Shown here one piece after another: positions 16,706 to 16,707 of a stretch of 16,707 nt of DNA; the stretch's first letter is position 1; the number at the start of each line of letters is the position of its first letter. The stretch spans positions 1 to 16,707 of the forward strand of contig JAEOUE010000181.1 in the NCBI GenBank assembly GCA_016839515.1, in the 5' to 3' direction. Origin of the DNA: Candidatus Hodarchaeum mangrovi. Lineage in GTDB: Archaea; Asgardarchaeota; Heimdallarchaeia; Hodarchaeales; Hodarchaeaceae. Below the pieces are notes generated by a model. The model saw only the letters and a list, made by a program, of their open reading frames with translations. It searched no databases and was not told the origin of the DNA. A program made the translations under genes and the position numbers.

Positions 16706-16707
16706 AA

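Noticed and set aside
1-16707. Integrase, transposase, tRNA or rRNA genes
   Set aside because: No ORF shows tyrosine/serine recombinase, DDE or HUH motifs, and no structured RNA gene was recognised.

Overview
AT-rich, probably archaeal accessory region. The archaeal call is inferred from an HTH_10 regulator, a CxxC-x17-CxxC protein and oligo-T terminators; an Asgard/Heimdall-like host is only a guess. The window holds about 14 intact, functionally unrelated genes in mixed orientation: beta-lactamase-fold serine hydrolase, alpha/beta hydrolase, Cys-rich membrane protein, EamA transporter with a divergent HTH_10 regulator, C25 gingipain-like peptidase, GalT, a small membrane protein, a Kelch-repeat surface protein, DinB, a cysteine synthase-like enzyme, a BBE-type FAD oxidase, a VOC protein and a small zinc-finger protein. 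There are also 2-3 truncated gene relics. The main unexplained signal is a ~50-bp asymmetric repeat, approximate consensus AACTYCRTAAAAGGCTGGTTTAGATTNNAAAAGTATATAC-N4-GTATATAC. It occurs 11 times plus one degenerate tandem relic, always on the + strand and at gene boundaries, and mostly separates the DNA into one- or two-gene modules. This resembles an integron-like or recombination-site-delimited gene-capture array with a non-attC site. No recombinase or transposase is visible in the window, so the mechanism is a hypothesis.
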